Shown one piece after another: positions 40,775 through 49,997 of a DNA stretch of 64,000 bases. The stretch spans positions 544,001-608,000 of the forward strand of contig CBDCOZ010000003.1 of assembly GCA_965220085.1 (NCBI GenBank), in the 5' to 3' direction. This DNA is from Candidatus Oxydemutatoraceae bacterium. GTDB lineage: Bacteria; Pseudomonadota; Gammaproteobacteria; Poriferisulfidales; Oxydemutatoraceae. A model generated the notes under the pieces. The model worked only from the letters and a program-made list of their open reading frames with translations. It was not told the origin of the DNA and searched no databases. Position numbers and translations under genes: made by a program. Within the stretch, counting starts at the first letter, position 1. Every line of letters starts with the position of its first letter.

Positions 40775-42298
40775 ATGAACAGACAAATTTTTAATACTGC
40801 CCCAGACTGGCGGGCAACGCTCGCCCGGCGCAGCCTCCGGTCACTTATTCTGCCGGCCCTGTTTGTTATCTGTGCACAGGCGCAGGCGCAGAACGCCACC
40901 GGGGAACCGGGCGTCACGGCGGCCGACAGCGCCAACCTGACCATGGTCGGCCCCAATGAGGACAGCCAGTTGACCGCGGCCCGCGGTAGCATAATGGATG
41001 CCGATAGCATCACCACTTTCACGCCCGCCTGGGCATGGCAGGAGGCCGATGCCCCGGCCAGCGGCGCCCCCATGGACAACGCCTACTCCGCCATAGCCGG
41101 GGCAACCGCCGCCACTTTCACGCCCCTGCAGGCCCATGTCGGCAAGTTCATCCGCGTCTGTGCCACCTTTGACGATGACGGCGGCAACAGCGAGACCCGT
41201 TGCTGGACCTCCGTCGCTGCTGTGGTTAATGTCAACGATGCGCCGGTTGGCCTGCCCAATACCATTTATGTGCCGGCGGGCGGCAATTACACTTTTTCGG
41301 TGGCCGACTTTCCCTTTATCGATGAGGACGGCGACAGTCTAATCATAGCGGGAGTGGGCACGCCCACCAAAGGCACTTTTACCTTCAACGGCAATCCATT
41401 CACCACGGCCAATTCTGATTTCACGCTCGCCCGACTAACCGGCGCAGTTGGCTACAGGCCGCCCGCCGATGCGGGGCCCATGTCCGGCTATGCCACCTTT
41501 GAATGGGCTCCAACCACCAGGGACATCACAGCGGGCAACCTCGACAGGACGACAGTGCTTATCACCATAGATTTGGTGTCGGCCACGGCATCGGCGGCCA
41601 TGGGCGCGCCGACGGTGACGGCGGCAACCGGCATCGCCTACCACGAAGGCGTGGAACTGACCGCCAGCACAGGCACCGTATCCGATGCCAACGGCATCCC
41701 CACCCACACCCGTATCTGGCAATGGCAACAGTCCGCCGCCCAGGCCGGCACATACGCCGACATCCCCGGGGCCGCCGATGTCACTTTCACCCCCCTGCAG
41801 GCCCGTGTCGGCCGATACATCCGCGTCTGCCTCCGCTTCACCGACGGCATAGACGATGACGAGGGTGGCACCGCCGCTTCCCCGACGCTGTGCTCCGCCG
41901 GCGCCGTCATCGCCAGAACCAATTCGGTGAGTGTGCCGACTGCCGCCGGCGAATCAGGGCCCTACGAGTTCAAGCCATCCGACTTCATGTTCCCGGGCGA
42001 TGTCGGCAACCTGCAAAGCGTCACCATACGCACCGCCATAGCATCCGACAAGGGCATATTGCGCAACGGCGCCACCGCAGTGACCGCCGGCGCCACAGTG
42101 ACCGCCGCCGCCCTGCGCAACGGCGACCTCACTTTCTATCCCGCGGGCAGATTCGCCGCCACCCCCAACTACGCCAGTTTCACCTTCACCGTGAACTATG
42201 GCGGCGGCATAAACACCGGAATCCGCACCATGCACATACATCTGGTGGAGCATCTGCGCTTGCGGCTGCGCCTTTTCCTTGAAGGCCCGTTGCGGTAA
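40775..42298 (+). CDS. Secreted adhesin-like protein 2; ends LRLRLRLFLEGPLR
   Basis: AGGAG RBS, AQAQA/Q signal peptide, alternating ATG.P Ig-like and cadherin-like modules. Confidence 0.88.
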   Translation: MNRQIFNTAPDWRATLARRSLRSLILPALFVICAQAQAQNATGEPGVTAADSANLTMVGPNEDSQLTAARGSIMDADSITTFTPAWAWQEADAPASGAPMDNAYSAIAGATAATFTPLQAHVGKFIRVCATFDDDGGNSETRCWTSVAAVVNVNDAPVGLPNTIYVPAGGNYTFSVADFPFIDEDGDSLIIAGVGTPTKGTFTFNGNPFTTANSDFTLARLTGAVGYRPPADAGPMSGYATFEWAPTTRDITAGNLDRTTVLITIDLVSATASAAMGAPTVTAATGIAYHEGVELTASTGTVSDANGIPTHTRIWQWQQSAAQAGTYADIPGAADVTFTPLQARVGRYIRVCLRFTDGIDDDEGGTAASPTLCSAGAVIARTNSVSVPTAAGESGPYEFKPSDFMFPGDVGNLQSVTIRTAIASDKGILRNGATAVTAGATVTAAALRNGDLTFYPAGRFAATPNYASFTFTVNYGGGINTGIRTMHIHLVEHLRLRLRLFLEGPLR

Positions 42299-42340
42299 TG
42301 GGAAACACACTTTATGCACAAACCACACAGGAGTAATACG

Positions 42341-43474
42341 ATGAACAGACAAACTTCTAATACTGCCCCGAACTGGCGGGCAACACTCGCCCGGCGTGGC
42401 CTCCGGTCACTTATTCTGCCGGCCCTGTTTGTTATCTGCGCTCAGGCGCAGGCGCAGAACGCCACCGGCACACCGGCGGTCACAGCGGCCGACAGCGCCG
42501 ACCTGACCATGGTCGGCCCGAATGAGGACAGCGCACTGACTGCGGCCCGCGGCACCATTAACGATGACGATCGCATCACCACTTTCACGCCCGCCTGGGC
42601 ATGGCAGGAGGCCGATGCCCCGGCCAGCGGCACCCCCATGGACAGCGCCTACTCCGCCATAGCCGGGGCCACCGCCGCCACTTTCACGCCCCTGCAGGCC
42701 CATGTCGGCAAGTTTCTGCGCGTCTGCGCCACCTTCGATGATGACGGCGGCAACAGCGAGACCCGATGCTGGACTTCCGTTGCGGCGGTTGTCAACACCA
42801 ATGATGTCAGGGCCGTGCCCAGCAGTGTTGATTTCGCCATCGGTCGCACATCCCGCTTTCGTCTGAGCGACTTTCGCCATGAGGACGAAGAGGGCGATGA
42901 TTATGAGATAAATTCCATGATACTGACGGGGGTGCCCTCACGCACTCTCAGCATCGATGGGGCGCTGAATACACAAACTAATATATCTTTATTCCTAAGC
43001 GACTTCGCTTCAAACCGCGGCGGACTCACATACACACCGCCCGACACAGCCACTGTCGGCAGCAATCGCCTCAGCTTTAATTTCCAAGTGCTTGCCACCG
43101 GCTTTCAAGCAGGCCCTGTCGCCGCCATGACCGTCAATCTGGCGGCCAACAGCGCGCCCGATTTTGGCGATGCATCGGTGGGCACCCGTATTTGGCCGCC
43201 CGGCGCTGCGACCGCGCCTCTGGTATTGCCCGCAGCCACCGGCGGCAATGGCAGCATCGTCTACGGCATAAGCCCGGCCCTGCCCAATGGCCTCGCCTTT
43301 GATGCGGCCACCCGCACCATCAGCGGCACACCCACGGCGGCATCCGCCGTCTCCGAACACACCCTCACCGCCACCGATGCCGATGGCGACAAGGGTACGC
43401 TGCCCTTCGGCATAGACCCGATGCACCCCGTGCGCTTGCGCTTGCGCCTTTTCCTGGAAGGCCCCCTGCGGTAG
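42341..43474 (+). CDS. Secreted adhesin-like protein 3 with a He_PIG-type Ig domain; ends VRLRLRLFLEGPLR
   Basis: Same leader as protein 2; LPAATGGNG..LPNGLAFDAATRTISGTPT..TATDADGD. Confidence 0.88.
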   Translation: MNRQTSNTAPNWRATLARRGLRSLILPALFVICAQAQAQNATGTPAVTAADSADLTMVGPNEDSALTAARGTINDDDRITTFTPAWAWQEADAPASGTPMDSAYSAIAGATAATFTPLQAHVGKFLRVCATFDDDGGNSETRCWTSVAAVVNTNDVRAVPSSVDFAIGRTSRFRLSDFRHEDEEGDDYEINSMILTGVPSRTLSIDGALNTQTNISLFLSDFASNRGGLTYTPPDTATVGSNRLSFNFQVLATGFQAGPVAAMTVNLAANSAPDFGDASVGTRIWPPGAATAPLVLPAATGGNGSIVYGISPALPNGLAFDAATRTISGTPTAASAVSEHTLTATDADGDKGTLPFGIDPMHPVRLRLRLFLEGPLR

Positions 43475-43583
43475 CGCGAATCCCCTGCGGCGGCGAACAT
43501 GATATTTGCCCCGGGTGTCCGATATGTCTTGGCATCCTGCGACCGTTTGCCTGTCGTTTGCCTGTTGCCATCGCTTGGCATAA
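43437..43583 (+). repeat. 147-bp direct repeat, copy 1
   Basis: Matches 46115..46261 with 4 mismatches by manual alignment. Confidence 0.92.
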
Positions 43584-43822
43584 CAAGCATCTGGCGCACT
43601 TCGGCGCACACGATGACTACGCCCGCCGCCGGGCGCACCCTAGAGCGACACCACCCCGTCTATCTTTGCCAATCAGCGCCCATATGGCAAGAAGCCGCTT
43701 GCCCCGAAACTCCCGACGGGCGATGGTGAGTTCAATTCACATGGGAGGAGCTATGCCGGAAACACGCCTGGAATGGGGAATGCTAAATTTTGCGGAGTCA
43801 AAGTGTTCGCTATAATGCCGCC

Positions 43823-44791
43823 ATGAGCAACAAGGCAAAAGAGAGTACGGTGGCGCTTGCCGAATCCATCCTGACGCGGTGGACGGATTCGTTTCCGGTC
43901 CGCAAACGGGTCAGCCGCGGCAATGTCGCCGGAGGACTCGTTCTTTTGGAGCGGTTGAAAACCGGCTTCAATTTGGACATTCGGAGTCATATGACGCCGA
44001 ATGGATTCCAACTGAAAGGGGCGACGGCGGTCAAGGTCGGGGAAATTCTCAAGCGGCACGGGGAAACCCGCCCGCTGGCGAAAGAGGGCGGACGCACCAA
44101 TCGCGGACTGCTCGCCAATTTGAGCCGTCTGCTGGAATTGCTGAAAGCGGAAAAGGTCGGCGCGCTGTCCGGCGCGGCGCGGAACAATCTGCTGGACGCG
44201 ATGCAAAGCGGATTGGCGCGGCGAGCAGCGGAACTGCTGAACGCGAAAAAACTCCCGTTTCATTTCCCGTGCGCAACAACAACCCGAAGCGCCTTGCGCC
44301 GCATTTTGGACGAGGCGAAAGCCCGCGGCAAAGAGGGGGAGGTTGCGCAGCATCTGGTCGGCGCGAAACTTGCGCTGCGATTCCCGAACATCAGCATTGA
44401 AAACCGCCCCGCCAGCGCCGCCGATGAATCGGGCGGACAAGCGGGCGACTTTCTCGTCGGCGACACAGTGTTTCATGTCACCGTCGCCCCCAATACGGGG
44501 CATTACGACAAGTGCGCCGAAAATCTGGACGCGAATCTCCGCGTCTGCCTTTTGGTCTCCAACGGACTGTTGTTTGGCGTCCGCCAATACGCGCACGAGC
44601 GCTTCGGCGACCGCGTCGCGACGGAATCCTGCGAATCGTTTGTGTCGCAAAACATAGAGGAACTGTCCGAATTTTCCGGCGACAAGATTCGCGACGGCTT
44701 TCTGCGCCTGATGGAAACATACAACAAGCGCGTGCGCGAGGCGGAAACCGACTTGTCCCTGTTGATTGACATTCCGGAGTCCGGCAAATGA
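43823..44791 (+). CDS. DUF4928-like protein, candidate restriction endonuclease
   Basis: EGGRTNRG, VAQHLVGAKLALRFP and GDFLVGDTVFHVTVAP motifs; overlaps the MTase start (ATGA). Confidence 0.7.
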   Translation: MSNKAKESTVALAESILTRWTDSFPVRKRVSRGNVAGGLVLLERLKTGFNLDIRSHMTPNGFQLKGATAVKVGEILKRHGETRPLAKEGGRTNRGLLANLSRLLELLKAEKVGALSGAARNNLLDAMQSGLARRAAELLNAKKLPFHFPCATTTRSALRRILDEAKARGKEGEVAQHLVGAKLALRFPNISIENRPASAADESGGQAGDFLVGDTVFHVTVAPNTGHYDKCAENLDANLRVCLLVSNGLLFGVRQYAHERFGDRVATESCESFVSQNIEELSEFSGDKIRDGFLRLMETYNKRVREAETDLSLLIDIPESGK

Positions 44792-45894
44792 CCGCCGCCA
44801 CCCCGCTGACCGCCGTTGAATACTTCGCCGGAATCGGCCTGACGCGCATGGGCTTGGAGCGCGCCGGATGGCGGGTGACATACTCCAACGATTGGAACCC
44901 GGAGCGGGAAAAAATCTACGCGGGATTTTTTTCCAAGAGTTACGAAGTGCGGGATGTCTTTGACATATCGCCGTCCGAGATTCCCAAATCCCTGCTGGCA
45001 ACCTGCTCGTTTCCGTGCGTGGACTTGTCGCTGGCGGGAAAACTGAAGGGGATTAACGGCCCGCATTCGGGCGCGTTTTGGGGGTTTCACCGGCTCCTGC
45101 GGGCGGGCGGCGAAAACACGCCGCCGTTGGTTCTGCTGGAAAATGTCTCCGGCTGGCTTTCCTCAAACAACGGCAGGGACTTTCGCGCCGTGATTGACGC
45201 GCTTAACGGATTGGACTACGCCTGCGATGTTTTCATGCTGAACGCGCGGCATTTTGTGCCGCAAAGTCGCCCGCGTGTTTTTGTAATCGGCATGCGCGGG
45301 GCTCCTAACGCAAGCGCCAATGACTTTCGCCTGCGCGGTCCGGATTTGACTCCGGCAAGAATCGCGGACGCGATTAAGCGCAATTCGGATTTGCGCTGGC
45401 AAATGGCGGACATTCCCCCGCCTCCGCCGCTGATGAATTCCGGTTTGTCGGCGGAGATTGTTGAGCGGCTGGCGGACGACGATGCGAGGTGGTGGCCGCG
45501 GGAGAAAGTGCGGAAGCATTTGGACATGATGTCGCCGCGTCATCGCAAAATGGTTGACGAATTTGCGGCGAATGGAAAGCCGGTTTGTCGGGCGTTTTTC
45601 CGCCGCCGCCGCGCGGAGGGTCAGCGCGCCGAGGTCCGAAGCGACGATATTGCGGGCTGTTTGCGAACCGCCATTGGCGGAAGCGGCAAGCAGTTTTTGG
45701 TCTTGGCCGGGCGGGGCGGCGTGAAAATGCGGACGATGACTTCGCGCGAATACGCCCGATTGCAGGGCGTTCCGGATTCCTTTCCCATTCGCGCCTCTTC
45801 CGAGCGGCGGGCGCTGGACGCTTTCGGCGACGCTGTATGCGTTCCGGCGATTGAATGGATTGCCCGCAACATTCTCGCGCCATTGACCCATTGA
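44788..45894 (+). CDS. C5-cytosine DNA methyltransferase
   Basis: FAGIG, FPCVDLS, LENV, PQSRPRVF, REYARLQG and FGDAVCVP motifs. Confidence 0.95.
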   Translation: MTAATPLTAVEYFAGIGLTRMGLERAGWRVTYSNDWNPEREKIYAGFFSKSYEVRDVFDISPSEIPKSLLATCSFPCVDLSLAGKLKGINGPHSGAFWGFHRLLRAGGENTPPLVLLENVSGWLSSNNGRDFRAVIDALNGLDYACDVFMLNARHFVPQSRPRVFVIGMRGAPNASANDFRLRGPDLTPARIADAIKRNSDLRWQMADIPPPPPLMNSGLSAEIVERLADDDARWWPREKVRKHLDMMSPRHRKMVDEFAANGKPVCRAFFRRRRAEGQRAEVRSDDIAGCLRTAIGGSGKQFLVLAGRGGVKMRTMTSREYARLQGVPDSFPIRASSERRALDAFGDAVCVPAIEWIARNILAPLTH

Positions 45895-46065
45895 CGACAC
45901 CTAGCCACCCTGCCAGACAAGATTGGAGGCAAGTGACAATGTCCGCCGAAGGGGTCACGAGGGCGGCTGCTTGGCGGGGATGTCGCGCTTTCCGCCCTTT
46001 TTCGCCATTCCGGGGTCGCGGAGGGAAATTGACCGCGTCAAAATTCAATTGCGCGAAAAGTTTGA

Positions 46066-46152
46066 CGCGAGGCCGCCGCCGATTCCATCCTCACCATCAA
46101 TCTGTTGCATGCTCTGCGCCTGCGCCTTTTCCTGGAAGGCCCCCTGCGGTAG
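46066..46152 (+). pseudogene. C-terminal remnant of a fourth adhesin paralog
   Basis: After TGA 46063-46065 it reads REAAADSILTINLLHALRLRLFLEGPLR-stop; no start codon. Confidence 0.75.
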
Positions 46153-46261
46153 CGCGAATCCCCTGCGGCGGCGAACATGATATTTGCCCCGGGTGTCCGA
46201 TAGGTCTTGGCATCCTGCGATCGTTTGCCTGTCGTTTGCCTGTTGCCATCGCTTGGTATAA
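46115..46261 (+). repeat. 147-bp direct repeat, copy 2
   Basis: Matches 43437..43583. Confidence 0.92.
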
Positions 46262-46334
46262 GATGATGGCTTGTATCTGTTTTAATTATTGGCATTTGTG
46301 CTTGCGACGCCCGTAGCGCCTTATCTTCATCGTA

Positions 46335-49256
46335 ATGAGTTATCACCCCGATACCGCCGGCCCGAATGGCGGCAAACTGCCTCAGTTTGAAAACCACGCG
46401 GCGCAGGAAACCAAATATACGACCTGCTATATGTGCGCTTGTCGTTGCGGCATCAAGGTGACCCTTGAAGACAATCGGGTTCGTTTTATTCAAGGCAACA
46501 AAAAGCATCCGGTTAACCGCGGGGTTCTGTGCGCCAAGGGCAACGCCGGAATTATGAAACAGACCTCGGCGGCAAAGTTGCAAAAGCCGTTGTTGCGCAA
46601 GACCGGCAGCGAGCGCGGGGCGGGAGAGTTTGAAGAGATTTCATGGGACAAGGCGCTGGATATTCTGACTGTGCGCTTGCAAAAAATCCGCGACAGCGAC
46701 CCTAAAAAGTTGGCTTATTTTACCGGTCGCGATCAGATGCAGGCGTTGACGGGGCTGTGGGCGCAGCAGTTCGGCACGATAAATTGGGCCGCTCACGGCG
46801 GGTTTTGTTCGGTCAATATGGCGGCGGGCGGGCTCTATACGATGGGGCATTCGTTCTGGGAGTTCGGCGATCCCGATTGGGACAGAACCAAGTATTTCAT
46901 GCTCTGGGGAGTGGCGGAGGATCATTCGTCTAACCCGATAAAGATCGGTCTTGAGAAACTCAAGCGGCGCGGGAGCAAGTTTGTTGCGATCAATCCGGTG
47001 CGCACGGGTTATCAGGCGATTGCCGATGAGTGGGTGCCGATCAAGCCGGGCACCGATGCGATGTTGGCGCTGGCCATGGCGCATGTGCTGCTCAAACGCG
47101 AGTTGTTTGATTGGGAGTTTTTGTTGCGTTATACCAACGCCGCTTATCTTGTTCTGGATAAGCCGGGCGAGAAAGACGACGGTTTGTTCTATCGCGATGC
47201 GCGACAGCGGCCGCAGGTGTGGGATATGCAAAGCGACGGGGCGGTCTCTGCGTTTGCTGCCGGTGTCAAGCCGGCGTTGTTCGGGGCGTATGAGACGGCG
47301 GACGGCGACAAGGCGCGCACGGCGTTTTCCTTGCTGGCGGCAAAGTATCTGGATGCGGCTTACGCGCCGGAGAATGCCGCCAAGGTGTGCGGTATCGGGG
47401 CCGATGTGATCGAGCGGCTGGCGCTTGAGTTGGCGCATGTCGCGTTTAAGGAGACGATAGAGGTCGATTGTGCGTGGACCGATTGGGCGGGGCGCAAGCA
47501 CGACAAGTTCATCGGGCGTCCGGTTTCCATGCACGCCATGCGCGGCATCTCGGCGCATTCAAACGGCTTTCAAACTTGCCGCGCGATTCACCTGTTGCAG
47601 ATATTGCTCGGTTCCATAGATTGCCCGGGGGGGCACCGCGCAAAAGCGCCGTATCCGAAACATGTGCCGCCGCCGCTGAAGCCGGCAAAGGATACCAAGC
47701 GGAATACGCCGCTGTCGAATCCGCCGTTGGGTTTTCCGACTGCGCCGGAGGATTTGGCGGTGGATGAGCGGGGCCGGCCGTTGCGCATTGACAAGGCCTA
47801 TTCGTGGGAGGCGCCGTTTGCCAATCACGGGATGATGCATATGGTTATCACGAATGCGGCGAACGGCGATCCTTACCCGATCGATACGCTGTTGCTTTTC
47901 ATGGCGAATATGAGTTGGAATTCGTCTATGAATACGGCGAATATCCGCGAGATGCTGAAGTCCAAGGATGAAAACGGCGGGCATAAGATTCCGTTTCTTG
48001 TCGTGGTCGATGCGTTTGATTCCGAGATGGTGCGGTTTGCCGATTTGGTATTGCCGGATACGACTTATCTGGAGCGCTACGACACGATCTCTATCCTCGA
48101 CCGTCCGATTTCCGATCCGGATGCGGTGTGCGATGCCATCCGCGCGCCGATTATGCGGCCGAACCGCGATGTGCGGCCGTGGCAGGAGGTGATGGTTGAG
48201 TTGGCGGGGCGGTTGAAGTTTGATGCCTTTGTCAATGCGGATGGCAGCCGCAAATATGCGTCGTATAAGGACTTCGTGATTAATTTTGAGAAGGCGCCGG
48301 GGCTTGGCTTTTTGGCCGGCTGGCGCGGCAAGGACGGGGAGAAGTCCATCCGCGGCGAGCCGAATCCGAAGCAGTGGGAGGCGTATGTGGAAAACGAGTG
48401 CTTCTTTCGCTTTGAGTTGCCCGAGCATATGCGCTTTTATCGTTTTGCCAACAAGGATTATCTGGAATTTGCCAAAGAGGCGGGTTTTAACGGCAGCGCC
48501 GAGCCGATCATTATTGAACTTTATTCGGAGCACTTGCAGAAGTTTCGCCTTGCCGCGCAGGGGGCAAGCGACGGGCCGCAGCCGCCGACCGCCGCTTTGC
48601 GCGAACGGGTGGGACGCTTTTTTGATCCGCTGCCTTTCTATTATCGTCCGCTTGAGCAGGAGCGCTTGGCGGGCGCTCGGGATGCGTACCCGTTTTATGC
48701 GATTACGCAGCGCCCGATGATGATGTATCACTCGTGGGATTCGCAAAATGTGTGGCTGCGCCAGATTGTGGCGAGCAACTTTTTGTACATGAACCGGAAA
48801 AGAGCGGAGGCGATGGGCATAGAGGATCTGTCGTGGGTGTGGATTGAGTCCCATAACGGCAAGGTGCGCGCGCAGGTCAAGTTGATGGAGGGCGCGCAGG
48901 AGGATACGGTCTGGACGTGGAATGCGATCGGCAAGGAACGCGGCACTTGGGGGCTTGCGCATGATGCCAACGAGTCCAATCGGGGGTTTTTGTTGAACCA
49001 TTTGATCAGCGAGTTGTTGCCGCAAAAGAACGGCGGCGATGAGCGGATGACAAATTCGGACCCGGTGACCGGGCAGGCTGCGTGGTACGACTTGCGGGTC
49101 AAGATCTATCCGGCCGACGCCGCCGCCGCGAGCAGCTGGCCGATTTTCGGCCATGGCGAGTCCGCGGCGGAGGGGGCGAAGGTGATGCGCTACCACACGC
49201 ATAAGGCGATTAATCTGTGCCGTTCGTTTACGGATGTGCTGCGCAGGAAGGGCTGA
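46335..49256 (+). CDS. soeA: Sulfite dehydrogenase molybdopterin subunit SoeA
   Basis: TTCYMCACRCG, FTGRDQMQ, AAHGGFCSVNMA and MYHSWDSQN motifs; no Tat signal. Confidence 0.88.
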   Translation: MSYHPDTAGPNGGKLPQFENHAAQETKYTTCYMCACRCGIKVTLEDNRVRFIQGNKKHPVNRGVLCAKGNAGIMKQTSAAKLQKPLLRKTGSERGAGEFEEISWDKALDILTVRLQKIRDSDPKKLAYFTGRDQMQALTGLWAQQFGTINWAAHGGFCSVNMAAGGLYTMGHSFWEFGDPDWDRTKYFMLWGVAEDHSSNPIKIGLEKLKRRGSKFVAINPVRTGYQAIADEWVPIKPGTDAMLALAMAHVLLKRELFDWEFLLRYTNAAYLVLDKPGEKDDGLFYRDARQRPQVWDMQSDGAVSAFAAGVKPALFGAYETADGDKARTAFSLLAAKYLDAAYAPENAAKVCGIGADVIERLALELAHVAFKETIEVDCAWTDWAGRKHDKFIGRPVSMHAMRGISAHSNGFQTCRAIHLLQILLGSIDCPGGHRAKAPYPKHVPPPLKPAKDTKRNTPLSNPPLGFPTAPEDLAVDERGRPLRIDKAYSWEAPFANHGMMHMVITNAANGDPYPIDTLLLFMANMSWNSSMNTANIREMLKSKDENGGHKIPFLVVVDAFDSEMVRFADLVLPDTTYLERYDTISILDRPISDPDAVCDAIRAPIMRPNRDVRPWQEVMVELAGRLKFDAFVNADGSRKYASYKDFVINFEKAPGLGFLAGWRGKDGEKSIRGEPNPKQWEAYVENECFFRFELPEHMRFYRFANKDYLEFAKEAGFNGSAEPIIIELYSEHLQKFRLAAQGASDGPQPPTAALRERVGRFFDPLPFYYRPLEQERLAGARDAYPFYAITQRPMMMYHSWDSQNVWLRQIVASNFLYMNRKRAEAMGIEDLSWVWIESHNGKVRAQVKLMEGAQEDTVWTWNAIGKERGTWGLAHDANESNRGFLLNHLISELLPQKNGGDERMTNSDPVTGQAAWYDLRVKIYPADAAAASSWPIFGHGESAAEGAKVMRYHTHKAINLCRSFTDVLRRKG

Positions 49257-49259
49257 GAT

Positions 49260-49982
49260 ATGAAGTTGGGATTGGTCATAGATCTTGATACTTGCGTCGG
49301 CTGTAATGCGTGTGCGGTGGCGTGCAAGCAGTGGAATGCTTCGGGCATGACCGGCCCGTTGACCGATTATCAGCCTTACGGCAAAGACCCTTCCGGGGTG
49401 TGGTTCAATCGTATTCGCAACTATGAGGCGGGGGATTATCCGACCAGCAAGACGGTGCATTTTCCGATGTCGTGCATGCATTGCGAGGATGCCGATTGTG
49501 TGACGGTGTGTCCGACGGGCGCGTCGTATAAGCGCCCCGAAGATGGCATCGTGCTGGTGGATCAGGACAAGTGCATGGGTTGCAATTATTGCGCCTGGGC
49601 TTGTCCTTACGGCGCGCGCGAATTGGACCGCGAAGACGGCGTCATGAAAAAGTGTACCTTGTGTTTGGATCGCATCTACGATGAGCATCTGCCCGCCGAT
49701 GAGAGACAGCCGGCGTGCGTGATGACGTGCCCCGCTCACGCCCGCTTTTTTGGCGATTTTGACGACCCCGAGTCGGAGGTTTCAAAATTGACGCGAGAGC
49801 GGGGCGGGAATCAGTTGATGCCGGAACTCGGCTATCAACCGACCAATCGCTACCTGCCGCCGCGCGAGGTCAAGCCGTCTATGCGCCATGATGCGCCGGT
49901 CAAAGCGGATGTGTCGGGCGCCGACAAACAATCTGTCATGGAGCGGATTGTGGGATGGGCGAATCGCATCATTGCGGTGTAG
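49260..49982 (+). CDS. soeB: SoeB 4Fe-4S subunit
   Basis: Four Cys clusters; LGLVIDLDTCVGC. Confidence 0.88.
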   Translation: MKLGLVIDLDTCVGCNACAVACKQWNASGMTGPLTDYQPYGKDPSGVWFNRIRNYEAGDYPTSKTVHFPMSCMHCEDADCVTVCPTGASYKRPEDGIVLVDQDKCMGCNYCAWACPYGARELDREDGVMKKCTLCLDRIYDEHLPADERQPACVMTCPAHARFFGDFDDPESEVSKLTRERGGNQLMPELGYQPTNRYLPPREVKPSMRHDAPVKADVSGADKQSVMERIVGWANRIIAV

Positions 49983-49997
49983 ACGGACTGGGACACC

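Noticed and set aside
43745-43815. GGAGG-preceded 20-aa ORF (MPETRLEW..) containing a 12-bp match to the IS481 end
   Set aside because: Too short to support either a gene or an IS end.
40688-46261. Repeats as a diversity-generating retroelement TR/VR pair
   Set aside because: No reverse transcriptase; mismatches are few and not adenine-specific.
38707-46261. Integron or shufflon
   Set aside because: No tyrosine recombinase in the window, no attC structure recognised, and all repeats are direct rather than inverted.
47559-49739. Long antisense ORFs (726 aa here; also 43751..45001, 39245..40450, 50791..52155, 34051..35133)
   Set aside because: Shadows of well-supported genes on the other strand in GC-rich DNA; no motifs.
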